Positions 19,166 through 28,887 of a stretch of 64,000 nt of DNA are shown here, one piece after another. Source of the stretch: Gemmatimonadota bacterium (GTDB lineage: Bacteria > Gemmatimonadota > Gemmatimonadetes > Palauibacterales > Palauibacteraceae); NCBI GenBank assembly GCA_039588275.1, contig JBDHAC010000012.1, forward strand, positions 1 to 64,000, in the 5' to 3' direction. The notes below the pieces were generated by a model, which ran no database searches, had not been told where the DNA came from, and worked only from the letters and a program-made list of their open reading frames with translations. A program made the position numbers and the translations under genes. The stretch's first letter is position 1. Every line of letters starts with the position of its first letter.

Positions 19166-20337
19166 GGATCACCTGGAGCCTGCCGGTGCCGGGCGAGTCG
19201 CCCGAGTCGAGCCGAGGGGATGTCGTACGGGCCCGGAGTCTGGTCGAGGGGCTCCAAGGCGAAGGGCACGACGTCCGACTCGTCGCGGCCAGCTCCCATG
19301 GCGAGGCCGGTGCCGCCGTCGCGGCCTACCGGGGGAGCGCGCGCCGGATCCTTCCCGGGGCGCTGGCCCGGCCGCTCCGGGACGCGGGACGTCTCGCCCT
19401 GGCCCGTGCCCACGCCCGGCGGCTCGCCCGGGCGGCAGGAGAATGGTCAGCCGACGTGATCGTGGAGACGCAGGTGCACCTCATACCTTCCGGACGACTC
19501 GCGGCCGCTCGGACCGGGGCGCCCCTGATCCTGGACGATTGCTCGCCGCCGGCCGAAGAGAGGGTGCTCGGCCCCGGGCTGCCGTCCTGGGTCGTCGAAC
19601 GTTCCTTCCGCGCTCAGGCCGCGGCGGCCCGGGCGCTGATCGTCTCCTCCTACAGTCTGGCGGAGGCGCTGGGCGAGATTCGGGAGGCCGCCGGGAAGAT
19701 CCAGGTCGTACCGAACGGCGTGGACGCGCGGGTCTTCGCCCGCGGGAACGGCACGACTTTGCGGCGCGAGTTGGGTCTGGAGCGCGCGGTCGTGGTGGGC
19801 TTCCTCGGCTCCTTCCAGCCGTGGCACCGGCTCGATCTGCTGCTGGAGGCGATGGCGGCGGTGCCGGACGAGCCGCGGCTGAGTCTTCTGCTCGTCGGCG
19901 ACGGGCCCGAGCGCGAAGCGGTGCTTGCGCAAGCCGCTCGTTTGGGGGTGGCGGATCGGGTTCGGGCAGCCGGCGCCGTGCCGGCCGGTGAAGTGCCGCG
20001 GATGCTCTCTGCCTGCGACATCGGGGTACTGCCCGGCAGCAACTCCTACGGGCAGCCGATGAAGCTCGTCGAGTACGCGGCCGCCGGGATCCCCTCCGTG
20101 GCGCCTAACCTGCCGCCTGTGCACGAGGTGCTTCGCGTCGACGTCACGGGCCTCACCTTCCCGCCGGGTGATGCGGGCGGCCTCGCTTCGGCGCTCGTTC
20201 GCTTGGCCGCGGATCCGGCGCTCCGGCGTCGGGTCGGCGACGCGGCACGGGCCAGTGCGCAGGAATGGTCCTGGGAAGCGAGAGCCCGGGCGCTCGCGCG
20301 TGTGCTGCAGAACGCTCACCGCGAGGAAGCGCCGTGA
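19162..20337 (+). CDS. GT4 glycosyltransferase
   Basis: VVPNGVD, GSFQPWH, PMKLVEYAAAG. Confidence 0.9.
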   Translation: MRITWSLPVPGESPESSRGDVVRARSLVEGLQGEGHDVRLVAASSHGEAGAAVAAYRGSARRILPGALARPLRDAGRLALARAHARRLARAAGEWSADVIVETQVHLIPSGRLAAARTGAPLILDDCSPPAEERVLGPGLPSWVVERSFRAQAAAARALIVSSYSLAEALGEIREAAGKIQVVPNGVDARVFARGNGTTLRRELGLERAVVVGFLGSFQPWHRLDLLLEAMAAVPDEPRLSLLLVGDGPEREAVLAQAARLGVADRVRAAGAVPAGEVPRMLSACDIGVLPGSNSYGQPMKLVEYAAAGIPSVAPNLPPVHEVLRVDVTGLTFPPGDAGGLASALVRLAADPALRRRVGDAARASAQEWSWEARARALARVLQNAHREEAP

Positions 20338-21548
20338 GCACCGCGACGGTCGTCTTCGTTCTGGCCCTGGGCGCGTGCGCCTACGTGTACGTCGGCTATC
20401 CGCTGCTGCTCTTCGTACTGGCCAGGCTTCGGCCGCGGCCCGTGCGGCGAAAGCCCGTGCGGCCCCGACTGAGCGTCATCGTACCGGCGCATGACGAGGG
20501 CGAGGTGATCGAAGGCAAGATCCGGAACACCCTCGACAACGGATACCCCCGGGACCTACTGGAAGTGATCATCGCCTCCGATGGCTCCCGTGACGCCACG
20601 GTCCCGACCGCCCGGGCTTTCGACGATGCTCACGTGCGCGTGCTGGACCTGCCGCGGGGAGGCAAGGTCGCCGCCCTGAACGCCGCGGCCCACGAAGCGA
20701 GCGGCGAGGTGCTGGTGTTCACCGACGCCGATGTCATCCTGGCTCCCGGCGCGCTGGGCTACGTCGCCGAGAACTTCGCCGACCCGGACGTGGGTGGCGT
20801 CGCCGGCCGGAAGGTCCCAGGGTCCTGCACCGCCAGTCACGTCGCGCGAGGAGAGGATCTCTACGCCTCCTTCGATGAGTGGCAGAAGGGGCTTGAGGGC
20901 ACCTTCGGAAGCGTGGTGGCGTCCCAAGGCGCCCTCCACGCGCTGCGGCGCGAGCTGTACGTGCCGGTGGCCGATCCGACCGGTGCCGACGACATGGCCA
21001 TCTCGATGCGCGTGGTGCTGCGGGGATGCCGCCTGGTCTACGACCCCCGGGCGATGGCGCAGGTCAAGGCGCCAGACGACGGCGCGACCGAGCTCGAGAG
21101 GAAGGTGCGCATCGCCAACCAGGTGATGCGCGCCCTCTTCAGCCTCGGAACGTCGCTGTGGACGTCCCGCTTCTACTCGGTGCAGCTGCTCTCCCACAAG
21201 CTGCTTCGGTATCTCGTCCCTGTCTTCCTGTTGCTGCTCCTGGCATCGAACATCTGGTTGAGCCTCACCGCTCCCAGCCCGGCGTGGGACGTCATGCTGC
21301 TCGTGCAGGGCGCTTTCTACGCGGCGGCGGTGCTCGGCGCGGCAGCCCACGAATCGGCGGTTGGCCGGTCACGACTTTTCACGATCCCCTACTACTTCTG
21401 CCTCGTGAACACGGCAGCGTTGCTGGCCTTGCTGTCGGTGTTGCGGGGGAAGCGGGCCGCCGGGTGGTCCCCTCGCGGGGGCTTCAACCCGGAGCTGAAT
21501 CTGGGAACGGCCGGCGCCACCGAGTCGTCGCGCCCGGAAACGAGCTGA
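20334..21548 (+). CDS. GT2 glycosyltransferase (membrane-anchored)
   Basis: SVIVPAHDE, SDGSRD, GKVAALN, FTDAD, ADD, RKVRI; N- and C-terminal TMs. Confidence 0.92.
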   Translation: MSTATVVFVLALGACAYVYVGYPLLLFVLARLRPRPVRRKPVRPRLSVIVPAHDEGEVIEGKIRNTLDNGYPRDLLEVIIASDGSRDATVPTARAFDDAHVRVLDLPRGGKVAALNAAAHEASGEVLVFTDADVILAPGALGYVAENFADPDVGGVAGRKVPGSCTASHVARGEDLYASFDEWQKGLEGTFGSVVASQGALHALRRELYVPVADPTGADDMAISMRVVLRGCRLVYDPRAMAQVKAPDDGATELERKVRIANQVMRALFSLGTSLWTSRFYSVQLLSHKLLRYLVPVFLLLLLASNIWLSLTAPSPAWDVMLLVQGAFYAAAVLGAAAHESAVGRSRLFTIPYYFCLVNTAALLALLSVLRGKRAAGWSPRGGFNPELNLGTAGATESSRPETS

Positions 21549-21560
21549 GAGGAGACGAGC

Positions 21561-22217
21561 ATGGAGAAGCGAATCGACCCGCTGGGTGCACTCGGTACCG
21601 GATGGTGGATGGTCCCGGTGGTGCTGACCGCTGCCCTGGGGAGTGTCGCCTTCCTCACCTCCAGCGACGCGCCGCCCGTCTATCGCGCGACGGCCACACT
21701 CGCAGCCGCGCCCCATCCCTCGATCAACGATCGAAACCAGATACTGCGCAGCCTCGAGCTGCTGGAACGACGGACGATGGTGTCGACGCTGTCCAAGATT
21801 CCGACTTCCGGGAAGATACGCACGTGGGCCGCCGGACGTTTGGAGACACCGCTGCGCGACCTCCGCGAGTATCGCGTGCACACTTCCGTCGTGCCGAACA
21901 CCAATCTGATCCACGTTTCCGTCCAGGGACCCGACCCGCAGATCGCGGCCCGCTTTGCCAACGCTGTTGCGGGCGTCTCCGAGAACAACGCCGGGACGTA
22001 TTATGACGTCTTCACCCTCAAGGTCCTCGACGATGCCGGCGTGCCCGGCCGCTCCATCCAGCGGGATGAGACCCGATCCTACGTGGTGGCGGGGCTTCTG
22101 GGCCTGTTCCTGGGTGTCGGCGCCGCGTACGGCGTCGGCTCCCTGCGGTTGACGCGGAGGACCGGCCCCACGCCGCGCGCGAACCCGTCTCGCGCCCACG
22201 CGGAGACCTCGTCGTGA
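21561..22217 (+). CDS. Short polysaccharide co-polymerase / chain-length regulator (Wzz/CpsC-like)
   Basis: Two TMs flanking a periplasmic part; PVYRATATL and DPQIAARFANAVA motifs; no tyrosine kinase domain. Confidence 0.75.
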   Translation: MEKRIDPLGALGTGWWMVPVVLTAALGSVAFLTSSDAPPVYRATATLAAAPHPSINDRNQILRSLELLERRTMVSTLSKIPTSGKIRTWAAGRLETPLRDLREYRVHTSVVPNTNLIHVSVQGPDPQIAARFANAVAGVSENNAGTYYDVFTLKVLDDAGVPGRSIQRDETRSYVVAGLLGLFLGVGAAYGVGSLRLTRRTGPTPRANPSRAHAETSS

Positions 22218-23770
22218 CGATTGCCGCCGGCGATCGGGACGCATTCGTGCCCTCGGGCGCAGGTCCGCGAGGCGGCGGCAGGAGTCTCCAGGCCCTCGCG
22301 CCCTGGGGCTTCGCGCTGGCGGCGACACTCGTCGGTCTGGTCGCCGGGTGGGCGGCACTCCGCTTTGCTGGGGCGGTCCACCTCCGGCTGTCTCCGCTCC
22401 ACGGCGTGGTCCTCGCCGCAGCCCTGCTGGCGGCCGTGCCCATCGCGCGCCGGCCCGTCCTCGGGGTCGCGGCTCTCGTCCTCTTGATCTACCTGAACGT
22501 GTCGGACATCCTGATCCGCTTCCACGACCTCCCATCCCTCCTGCAGCTACTGACCATGCCCCTCGTCCTGGCCGTGATAGTCCAGTGGCGACGAGGCGTG
22601 CTGAAGGGGCTCGAGCCCCGCGCGGTGACGGTGGCGCTGGCCGCTTACGTGCTGGTCTTCCTCATATCCAGCACGGTGGCCCGGGAGCCGTCGCTGGCCG
22701 ACTCGCGGGCGATCGAGGCGGCGAAGGGGTTCGCGATCTTCGCGTTCATCCTCCTCCTCGCCACGACGCCGGAACGCGTTCGGGCGGGGGCGTGGGCCCT
22801 CGTCGTGGGGGGGCTCATACTGGGCGGGATCTCGCTGACGCAGGTCGTGACCGGCGCCTACCGGAACGAGCTCGGCGGCCTGGCCCGGATGGAATATTCG
22901 CAAGTGTACGCCGATGTGCTGGAATCGCGGCTGGCCGGACCCGTGGGTGATCCCAATTTCTTCGCTCAGATCCTGGTCATCGTGGTCCCGGTCGCCCTTG
23001 TGCTCGCCTGGAAGGAGCGAACCCGCTGGTTGCGACTCGTGGCCATGGTTGCGGCGGCGGCGGTCGCGGCGACCACGATATTCACGTACTCGCGGGGCGG
23101 GGCTCTGGCCCTGGGCGTCGTGGTGCTCTGCTCCCTCTTCGCCGCCCACCCGAGCCGGCGCCGTGTGACGATCGGCGCAGCGCTGATCCTCCTGGCGGGG
23201 CTCTCCCTGGTTCCGACCCAATTCGCCCGCCGGGTGGTCACGCTCCGCGCTCTCGTTCCCGGCGAGGAACAGGTGCTCGACCTGGACAGCTCGGTCCAGA
23301 GCCGGGTGCTGATGGCCCGGGTGGCCTGGAACCTCTTCCTCGACCATCCGCTCCTCGGCGCGGGCGCCGGGAACTACGCGGTCCACTTCCACGACTACGC
23401 CGACGAGATCGGGTCAGCGGCGCGGGACTACAACGAGCTCGGAGGGACCCGCTATCCCCACAGCCTCTATCTGGAGCTCGCGTCCGAGACAGGCTTCCTG
23501 GGGCTGATCACTTTCGGGACCGTGCTTCTCCTCGTCTTTGGGCACCTCCGTCGGACCGAGCGGGCGTATTACTCGGCGGGCGATGAGCTCCATGCCGGCC
23601 TCGCCTCGGGGCTCGCCATCGCCCTGCTGGGCTTTCTGATCTCGTCGCTCTTCCTCCATGGGCACTTCCAGCGGCACCTGTGGGTGCTCCTCGGACTCTC
23701 GGCCGCTCTCGCGGCGGCGGCGCCCGCCGTGGGCCGGGCCGCGTCGCGAGCCCGAAAGGCATGCAGATGA
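22214..23770 (+). CDS. O-antigen ligase / Wzy-like polymerase family protein
   Basis: GDPNFFA, TYSRGG, HPLLGAGAGNY, HSLYLELASETG; multi-TM. Confidence 0.88.
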   Translation: MTIAAGDRDAFVPSGAGPRGGGRSLQALAPWGFALAATLVGLVAGWAALRFAGAVHLRLSPLHGVVLAAALLAAVPIARRPVLGVAALVLLIYLNVSDILIRFHDLPSLLQLLTMPLVLAVIVQWRRGVLKGLEPRAVTVALAAYVLVFLISSTVAREPSLADSRAIEAAKGFAIFAFILLLATTPERVRAGAWALVVGGLILGGISLTQVVTGAYRNELGGLARMEYSQVYADVLESRLAGPVGDPNFFAQILVIVVPVALVLAWKERTRWLRLVAMVAAAAVAATTIFTYSRGGALALGVVVLCSLFAAHPSRRRVTIGAALILLAGLSLVPTQFARRVVTLRALVPGEEQVLDLDSSVQSRVLMARVAWNLFLDHPLLGAGAGNYAVHFHDYADEIGSAARDYNELGGTRYPHSLYLELASETGFLGLITFGTVLLLVFGHLRRTERAYYSAGDELHAGLASGLAIALLGFLISSLFLHGHFQRHLWVLLGLSAALAAAAPAVGRAASRARKACR

Positions 23771-24501
23771 ACGGGCAGCTCGAGTCCGTGATGAATCAAC
23801 GGACTTGGTCATCGCAGATCACAGGGAAGATCAGACTCCGTCTGTACAACGCACGACTGCGGGGATGGTGGTGGATGCTTCAACAGCGGCATCGCGTGAA
23901 GAAGCGATTCGGATTGCTCCCCGACGCTGCCGAACGACGGATCGTGATCGGGCTCGGGATGCATCGGACCGGCACGAAGAGTCTATGCGCGTACCTGCGA
24001 AACCTGGGCCTGAGAGACATCCATTGGCCCTGGTGGTGCGACCGTCAGGTTTCGGGGCTCGTCAATGATCCGGAGGGGGTTGTCGGTATTCTGGAGCCCC
24101 TGCTCTACAACTACGACTGTTTTGCCGACTTTCCATTTCCCGGCCTGTATCGCGTGTTGGATCGACGGTTTCCCAATAGCCGTTTCATCCTCGTCCGTCG
24201 TGACCCCGCAAGCTGGGTGCGGTCGGTCCAGAAACACTGGGAGCTGGAAACAAGTGCGTATCGACTCCATCCCTTCGAAGAGGTCGTGTACCGCCGGTAT
24301 GAGCCATCGGACTTGAACTTGCTCACTATAAATGACGCACCAACGCTGATCTCGAAATTCGCACAACACGCGGAGGAAGTTCAGGCATACTTCGACGGCA
24401 CGGGCGACAAGTTGTTGGTGGTCGACCTCGAAGACGATCGCATCAACGCGCGGATCAGCGAATTCCTGGGCATGCGAGTGCGGCCATACCCCCACGCCTG
24501 A
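23767..24501 (+). CDS. Sulfotransferase family protein
   Basis: PAPS-binding GLGMHRTGTKSL and FILVRRDPASWVRS motifs; visibly lower GC than flanking genes. Confidence 0.82.
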   Translation: MNGQLESVMNQRTWSSQITGKIRLRLYNARLRGWWWMLQQRHRVKKRFGLLPDAAERRIVIGLGMHRTGTKSLCAYLRNLGLRDIHWPWWCDRQVSGLVNDPEGVVGILEPLLYNYDCFADFPFPGLYRVLDRRFPNSRFILVRRDPASWVRSVQKHWELETSAYRLHPFEEVVYRRYEPSDLNLLTINDAPTLISKFAQHAEEVQAYFDGTGDKLLVVDLEDDRINARISEFLGMRVRPYPHA

Positions 24502-24564
24502 CGGCATTGGCCCGCGGTTTGCTCAGATGACGCTCGGTGTGACCTGTGTAACGAAGGAGGGAGC

Positions 24565-24993
24565 GTGGAAGGAAGGAAGCTCGATTTCGGGCAGCTATAC
24601 GGCTACACGATATGCCTTGTGGCCGTCCTGACCTTCCTCTTCGGCACCGTGAATTTGGTGGGTGCCATGCTGGATAGCCGCGAGCTCCCGTACACGCCGT
24701 CCTACGTTGACGGACCCAGCCTGGTGTCATTGGGCGCCTACAAGATCGATCTCCTGAGCCGGATCGGGGTGGAGGAGGGGAGCGAGGCGGCGGCATCGTT
24801 CTTCCCCCCGGACTCCGCCTTGCGGCGCATGCTGGACGCGGAGCGCCTGCACCGCCTGGCTCTCAGCCACCAGACAAGCAGACGGACGATCGTGATCAAT
24901 CTGGTCCTCATGATGCTCGCCGTACTGCTCTTCGCCGCCCACTGGATGTGGCTCCGAGCACGCGAGCGGACCGTCTCAGCGCAGGCGTCGTGA
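24565..24993 (+). CDS. Hypothetical two-TM membrane protein
   Basis: GGAGG RBS, GTG start; YGYTICLVAV ... LFAAHWMWL TMs. Confidence 0.7.
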   Translation: MEGRKLDFGQLYGYTICLVAVLTFLFGTVNLVGAMLDSRELPYTPSYVDGPSLVSLGAYKIDLLSRIGVEEGSEAAASFFPPDSALRRMLDAERLHRLALSHQTSRRTIVINLVLMMLAVLLFAAHWMWLRARERTVSAQAS

Positions 24994-25145
24994 TGCGTTA
25001 TGATCGCGGTTCTTCCCAAGGCCTCGGCGCTTCTACCCGCGAGCGCCCCGGCCGCTCTCGCGTTCGCTCGGGGTGCAACGAGGTGGGTGGATGGCCGGGG
25101 ACGGCTTCGCGGCGACTCCGATCCCGATCGTGCAGGAGAATCCTC

Positions 25146-26102
25146 TTGCGCCCGGAACACGTCGCCCCGCTGCTCGTCTTCCTCGGCACCTTCACGCCCG
25201 GGGGCGCGACGGGCCAGACGCCCGACTCGGTCGGGCGCGCGGAGCCGCCGTCCCCTTCGCCGTCCTCACCCAGCGCGCTGGAGCTACTGGTCAAGGCAGG
25301 CGCCTCTTACTCCGGCAACTTCTTCCAGGCACCGGAGGGAGAGCCACGCGAGAGCGTGCGCGCGGGGATGGGCGCGGTAAAGGTCGTCCGGCCGTTCGCG
25401 TCCGGGTCCTACATTTTCGCGGAGGCGAGCGGCACGGTGTACAGCGAGTTCGACCCCAGCTACAACGTGCTGGGTGGGTTTGGCTGGAGCGTGTGGCCCC
25501 ACATGATCCAGGGCTATGCAGGCTATCGCGCGCGTACGCCGCGGTTCGACGTGGCGGATACGCTGGGTTTCGCCGACCTCTTCTTCCTGCACGGTAGCTA
25601 TGGCGTGCGGCTGGTGCGGGTCATCCAGCTCGAGGCACTGGTCGACTACTACAACGAGGCGCATGGCCAGCGGGCCGAGAGGGACAACACGTTCCTGAGC
25701 CTCGGCGGAGCGCTCAGGTACCGGGGATTCGGCCGCCTCTTCTCCCCGGAGCTGGGCGCGGGTTTTGGAAACCGTGACGTGGCAATCGACACCGAGGATC
25801 TCAGCGAACGAACCCTCTGGCTCACCGTCCGCTCCAGCCCATCGTCGGCGCTCTCCCTTCGTCTCCGGTATCGCAACCGACAGCGGGAGTACAGCGTCGA
25901 AGACGCCGCGGCCTCCAACTTCGACCGCGAGGATCGACGCCACGAGCTTGCCCTGACCACGGCACTATCGCTGCGCGACAACCTGCGCTGGACGATCTAC
26001 TATACCTATCAGCACGCCACGTCCACGACAGCCAGCCGTAATTTCGACGCCCATTACGTTCAGACGGGGCTGGAATATCGTCTTGTGGGCGGGCGACGTT
26101 GA
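25146..26102 (+). CDS. Outer-membrane beta-barrel protein (polysaccharide-export-associated candidate)
   Basis: AGGAGA RBS + TTG; signal peptide; alternating aromatic beta-strands; C-terminal GLEYRL strand. Confidence 0.7.
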   Translation: MRPEHVAPLLVFLGTFTPGGATGQTPDSVGRAEPPSPSPSSPSALELLVKAGASYSGNFFQAPEGEPRESVRAGMGAVKVVRPFASGSYIFAEASGTVYSEFDPSYNVLGGFGWSVWPHMIQGYAGYRARTPRFDVADTLGFADLFFLHGSYGVRLVRVIQLEALVDYYNEAHGQRAERDNTFLSLGGALRYRGFGRLFSPELGAGFGNRDVAIDTEDLSERTLWLTVRSSPSSALSLRLRYRNRQREYSVEDAAASNFDREDRRHELALTTALSLRDNLRWTIYYTYQHATSTTASRNFDAHYVQTGLEYRLVGGRR

Positions 26103-26557
26103 CGCACCTGCCTCGTCAGTGCGGGTAGCTCCAGGTCTGGCCGTCGCCTGCGATCCGAGCCCCTGCCGAGCGTCACACCTCGAGATGCTACACGGACCAC
26201 CCCCTGCCAACTGTTTCCTCCTCGGCCATGCGTACCACGACCCGCCGAACCACCCGAGCGCGTTATCCCGCAACGGTTTGCGCCCGGACGATAAGCGACG
26301 GCACGGGACTTGAGCTGAAGCGGAGCACGAGACGGGAGGGCCGCTCGGCCGACCAACCTTTCGCAGCTTCGCAGGAGTTGCCGTTGCCGGATCGGCATAC
26401 CCCCGGATGCCTCACGTTCAGCCATCTCGGAGACCGGGCGGAGGTCACCCCGGGGCGACCGAAGATCGCGCTCCGGGGCGTCTCGAAGACCTCGTCCTGT
26501 CGCCCCCTCTCCCGGACCCGGAGACGGGGATCCGCACGACCATCCGCGGAAAGCGGC

Positions 26558-27550
26558 ATGACCGCTCGGCGCGGCCGTGTCCTGCTCGGGGGTCTGGCGG
26601 TCCTCCTCGGGCCCGCCGCTGGGGAAGTCCACGCCCAGTGGGCGCGGAAGCGACCGCCCCCGCCACCCGACGCGAAGACCAACGCGATCGGACCGTGGCC
26701 CTTCACGCTCGAGGTCGGCGCGGCCGGCGTGTTCGACACGAACATCGAGAACGATCAGGAGGAGCTGCGATCCCACGGCATCGTGGCCGCGGTGCGGGCC
26801 GGGTTCCAGACGAGTGTGCGGCGGCCGCTTCTGCAGGTCGCCTACGACGGCCGCTACCAGTCCTTCGCCCGCACGGACCGCTGGGATCAGATAACCCACG
26901 ACCTGGTGGCGATCCTCGCCCGGCGGGCCGGTCTGCTCTCGATGGACCTGACGGGCCGCATGGGTCTCAACGCCGTGACGGAGGACCGGGAGATCGGGAA
27001 CCGGTACTCCGTCCGCCCACGGCTCACGATCGGCCGGGGCTACGCCCGCCTGCGCTTGTACGGCCTCTACCGGGCGCGCCAGTTCGAGGGCAGCGAGGGC
27101 TCCGACGAGACGACGCGCGGGCTAGGGGGCGGCTTCCGGGGCGTGACCGACGGCGCCACGCTGGAGTTCGGCTATCGCTACGAGGAGGCCGACTCGGAGA
27201 GCGGGCTCCGGCGTTACGTGCAGCACCGCGCCTCGGCCGACTACGAGGTGCCGCTGGGATTGCGGGGCGACCTGCGCGTACGCCTCGAGTGGCGGCCCCG
27301 CCGCTACCTGGAGCGGACCGTTAGTCTGGACGGAGAGGAAGTCTTGCGGCGAGACGTCCGCTGGATCGCCACCGCATCCCTCACCCATGAATTCCCCTGG
27401 GGCCAGGGCCTGCGTCTGGACTATTCCTTCCAGCGCCGCACGTCGAACGACCTGGGGGAGGACTATCAGGCGCACCGGGTCTCGGTGGGAATGCAGTTCC
27501 GCCTGATCGGGCCGAGGCGGCGGCCGCGGAGGGAGCCCGAATACCGGTAG
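26558..27550 (+). CDS. Second outer-membrane beta-barrel protein
   Basis: Signal peptide ending VHA-Q; FDTNI N-terminal motif; amphipathic strands; C-terminal VGMQFRL. Confidence 0.72.
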   Translation: MTARRGRVLLGGLAVLLGPAAGEVHAQWARKRPPPPPDAKTNAIGPWPFTLEVGAAGVFDTNIENDQEELRSHGIVAAVRAGFQTSVRRPLLQVAYDGRYQSFARTDRWDQITHDLVAILARRAGLLSMDLTGRMGLNAVTEDREIGNRYSVRPRLTIGRGYARLRLYGLYRARQFEGSEGSDETTRGLGGGFRGVTDGATLEFGYRYEEADSESGLRRYVQHRASADYEVPLGLRGDLRVRLEWRPRRYLERTVSLDGEEVLRRDVRWIATASLTHEFPWGQGLRLDYSFQRRTSNDLGEDYQAHRVSVGMQFRLIGPRRRPRREPEYR

Positions 27551-27564
27551 CGTGGGGAGGCGGA

Positions 27565-27720
27565 TCAGTTCGGGAAGATCTCCTTGGGGACGAAAGCCGT
27601 AACCACCTGTGTCTCATCGACCACTTCGCTCACCGTGGAATCGACCGTGACGCTGGCCAGCGAGAAGGCCATAGACGGCCGTAAGCCTTTCTCTCTCACG
27701 AGGAAGTCGACGACTTCGTA
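27565..27720 (-). pseudogene. C-terminal remnant of an acetamidase/formamidase family protein
   Basis: EVVDFLVREKGLRPSMAFSLASVTVDSTVSEVVDETQVVTAFVPKEIFPN* matches the family's typical C-terminus; abuts the integrase remnant. Confidence 0.55.
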
Positions 27721-28118
27721 CGTGGTGCCGCTGACCCGGGAGGCCCGGGGTGTGGCACTGAGCTACCTCAGGGCGGTGCGCTCCGGAAGAATGGCTCTTC
27801 CCCGGCCAACGAGACCCAGAGAAAGCGGTCTGTGTATCGGTCATGAGCCGACGGCTGCGGGAAGCCTACGAGGAAGTGAAGCTCCCGACGCTCGAAGGCG
27901 GGCTCTGGCACCCGTGGCGCCGGAAGTGGGCGACGGAGAGGAAGGACTATCCGATCAAGGACGTGGCTGAGGCTGGTGGGTGGCAAGACACTTCGACGCT
28001 CCTTCGGTGCTACCAGCAGAGCGACGAGGCGACGCTGACCAGGGTCTTCCTCGAGGCGCCGAAGCTCAGGACCAGTGGGACGGGCGGGACCGAGATTACC
28101 CCACTTCTTACCCCACCC
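27718..28118 (+). pseudogene. Tyrosine integrase C-terminal remnant (frameshifted, N-terminus deleted)
   Basis: VVPLT...WLFP, H-x-x-R (HPWRRKWATE), GGW and catalytic Tyr (LLRCYQQ); frameshift near 27785. Confidence 0.85.
28097..28118 (+). repeat. 22-bp arm-like element, copy 2
   Basis: TACCCCACTTCTTACCCCACCC. Confidence 0.85.
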
Positions 28119-28431
28119 CGGGAAGGAGACGATGGGCACAAAGCCGGAGCGGTTCGTGGGTTAGTCGCCCACGATGGCCAAGCGCACGTCGTGGGTCTCG
28201 GCTCGCGAATTGGAACGCTTGCCATCGTCCCTTTCCCAGGGCGCACTCCTCGATCTTGCTTCGCGGCACGCCGAGGAGTTCGGCCGAGGCAGCAAGAGAC
28301 AGCAGCGCACAATCCACGTAGAGCCGCGCGTCTTCGACGAGGCCTTTCAATCCTAGGTCTGCCAGGCGTCTCTCAGTGAGCCGCCAACCGACTTCGATGA
28401 CTTCCGGAAGCGTAAGTGGCTGGTCGGACAT
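28108..28431 (-). pseudogene. Hypothetical protein, probably 3'-truncated
   Basis: GAGGGAG RBS + ATG 28431; frame runs into the 22-bp repeat. Confidence 0.4.
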
Positions 28432-28478
28432 TTACTCCCTCGCGGATCGTCGAAGGCGCACGGTCCTCGAGACGGAAC

Positions 28479-28745
28479 CTATGCCGCGATGCTTCGAAGC
28501 AGCCGCACCGTCTCAACGATTCTGCTGGCCGCATATTCTAGGTCCGACTCCATCGTGAAGCGGCCAATGCCGACCCGTATCGTGCTGTAGGCTTCGTTAC
28601 GGTCGAGTCCGATGGCCGTTAGCACGTGAGATGGCTCCGGAGCACCCGACGTGCAGGCCGACCCCGTGCTGATGGCCACGTCCCTGAGATTCGCGATGAG
28701 GGCCTCCGCCTCAACGCCTGGGATCAGCAACGAACTGGTACCAGC
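28479..28745 (-). pseudogene. Cysteine desulfurase (IscS/NifS-like) C-terminal remnant
   Basis: AISTGSACTSG (catalytic Cys), PSHVLTAIG, IRVGIGRFT; N-terminal about three quarters missing. Confidence 0.88.
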
Positions 28746-28764
28746 CAGACGACGATCCACACAC

Positions 28765-28786
28765 TACCCCACTTCTTACCCCACCC
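28765..28786 (+). repeat. 22-bp arm-like element, copy 3
   Basis: TACCCCACTTCTTACCCCACCC, about 60 bp from the att copy at 28845. Confidence 0.85.
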
Positions 28787-28844
28787 GATCGGGAGGAGCG
28801 AACTGGCAGGGCCGGCAACGAGTGAGTTGCCAAGGAGTTAGGAA

Positions 28845-28887
28845 AATGCGCCCGGGAGAATTCGAATCCCCAACCTCCTGATCCGTA
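28845..28887 (-). repeat. att-site copy: 3' half of tRNA-Arg(ACG) (43 bp)
   Basis: Identical to 32635..32677. Confidence 0.95.

Larger units (their letters stand above)
12006..28844. mobile_element. Genomic island (about 16.8 kb) integrated at tRNA-Arg(ACG), carrying an exopolysaccharide cluster
   Basis: Bounded by direct repeats of the tRNA 3' half; contains a tyrosine integrase remnant and arm-like repeats at both ends. Confidence 0.85.

Noticed and set aside
26103..26557. Structured ncRNA in the 450-bp gap between the two beta-barrel genes
   Set aside because: Only short GC-rich hairpins; no recognisable RNA family motif by eye
28479..28745. dndA / DNA phosphorothioation system
   Set aside because: Only a C-terminal desulfurase fragment; no dnd or ssp genes in the window
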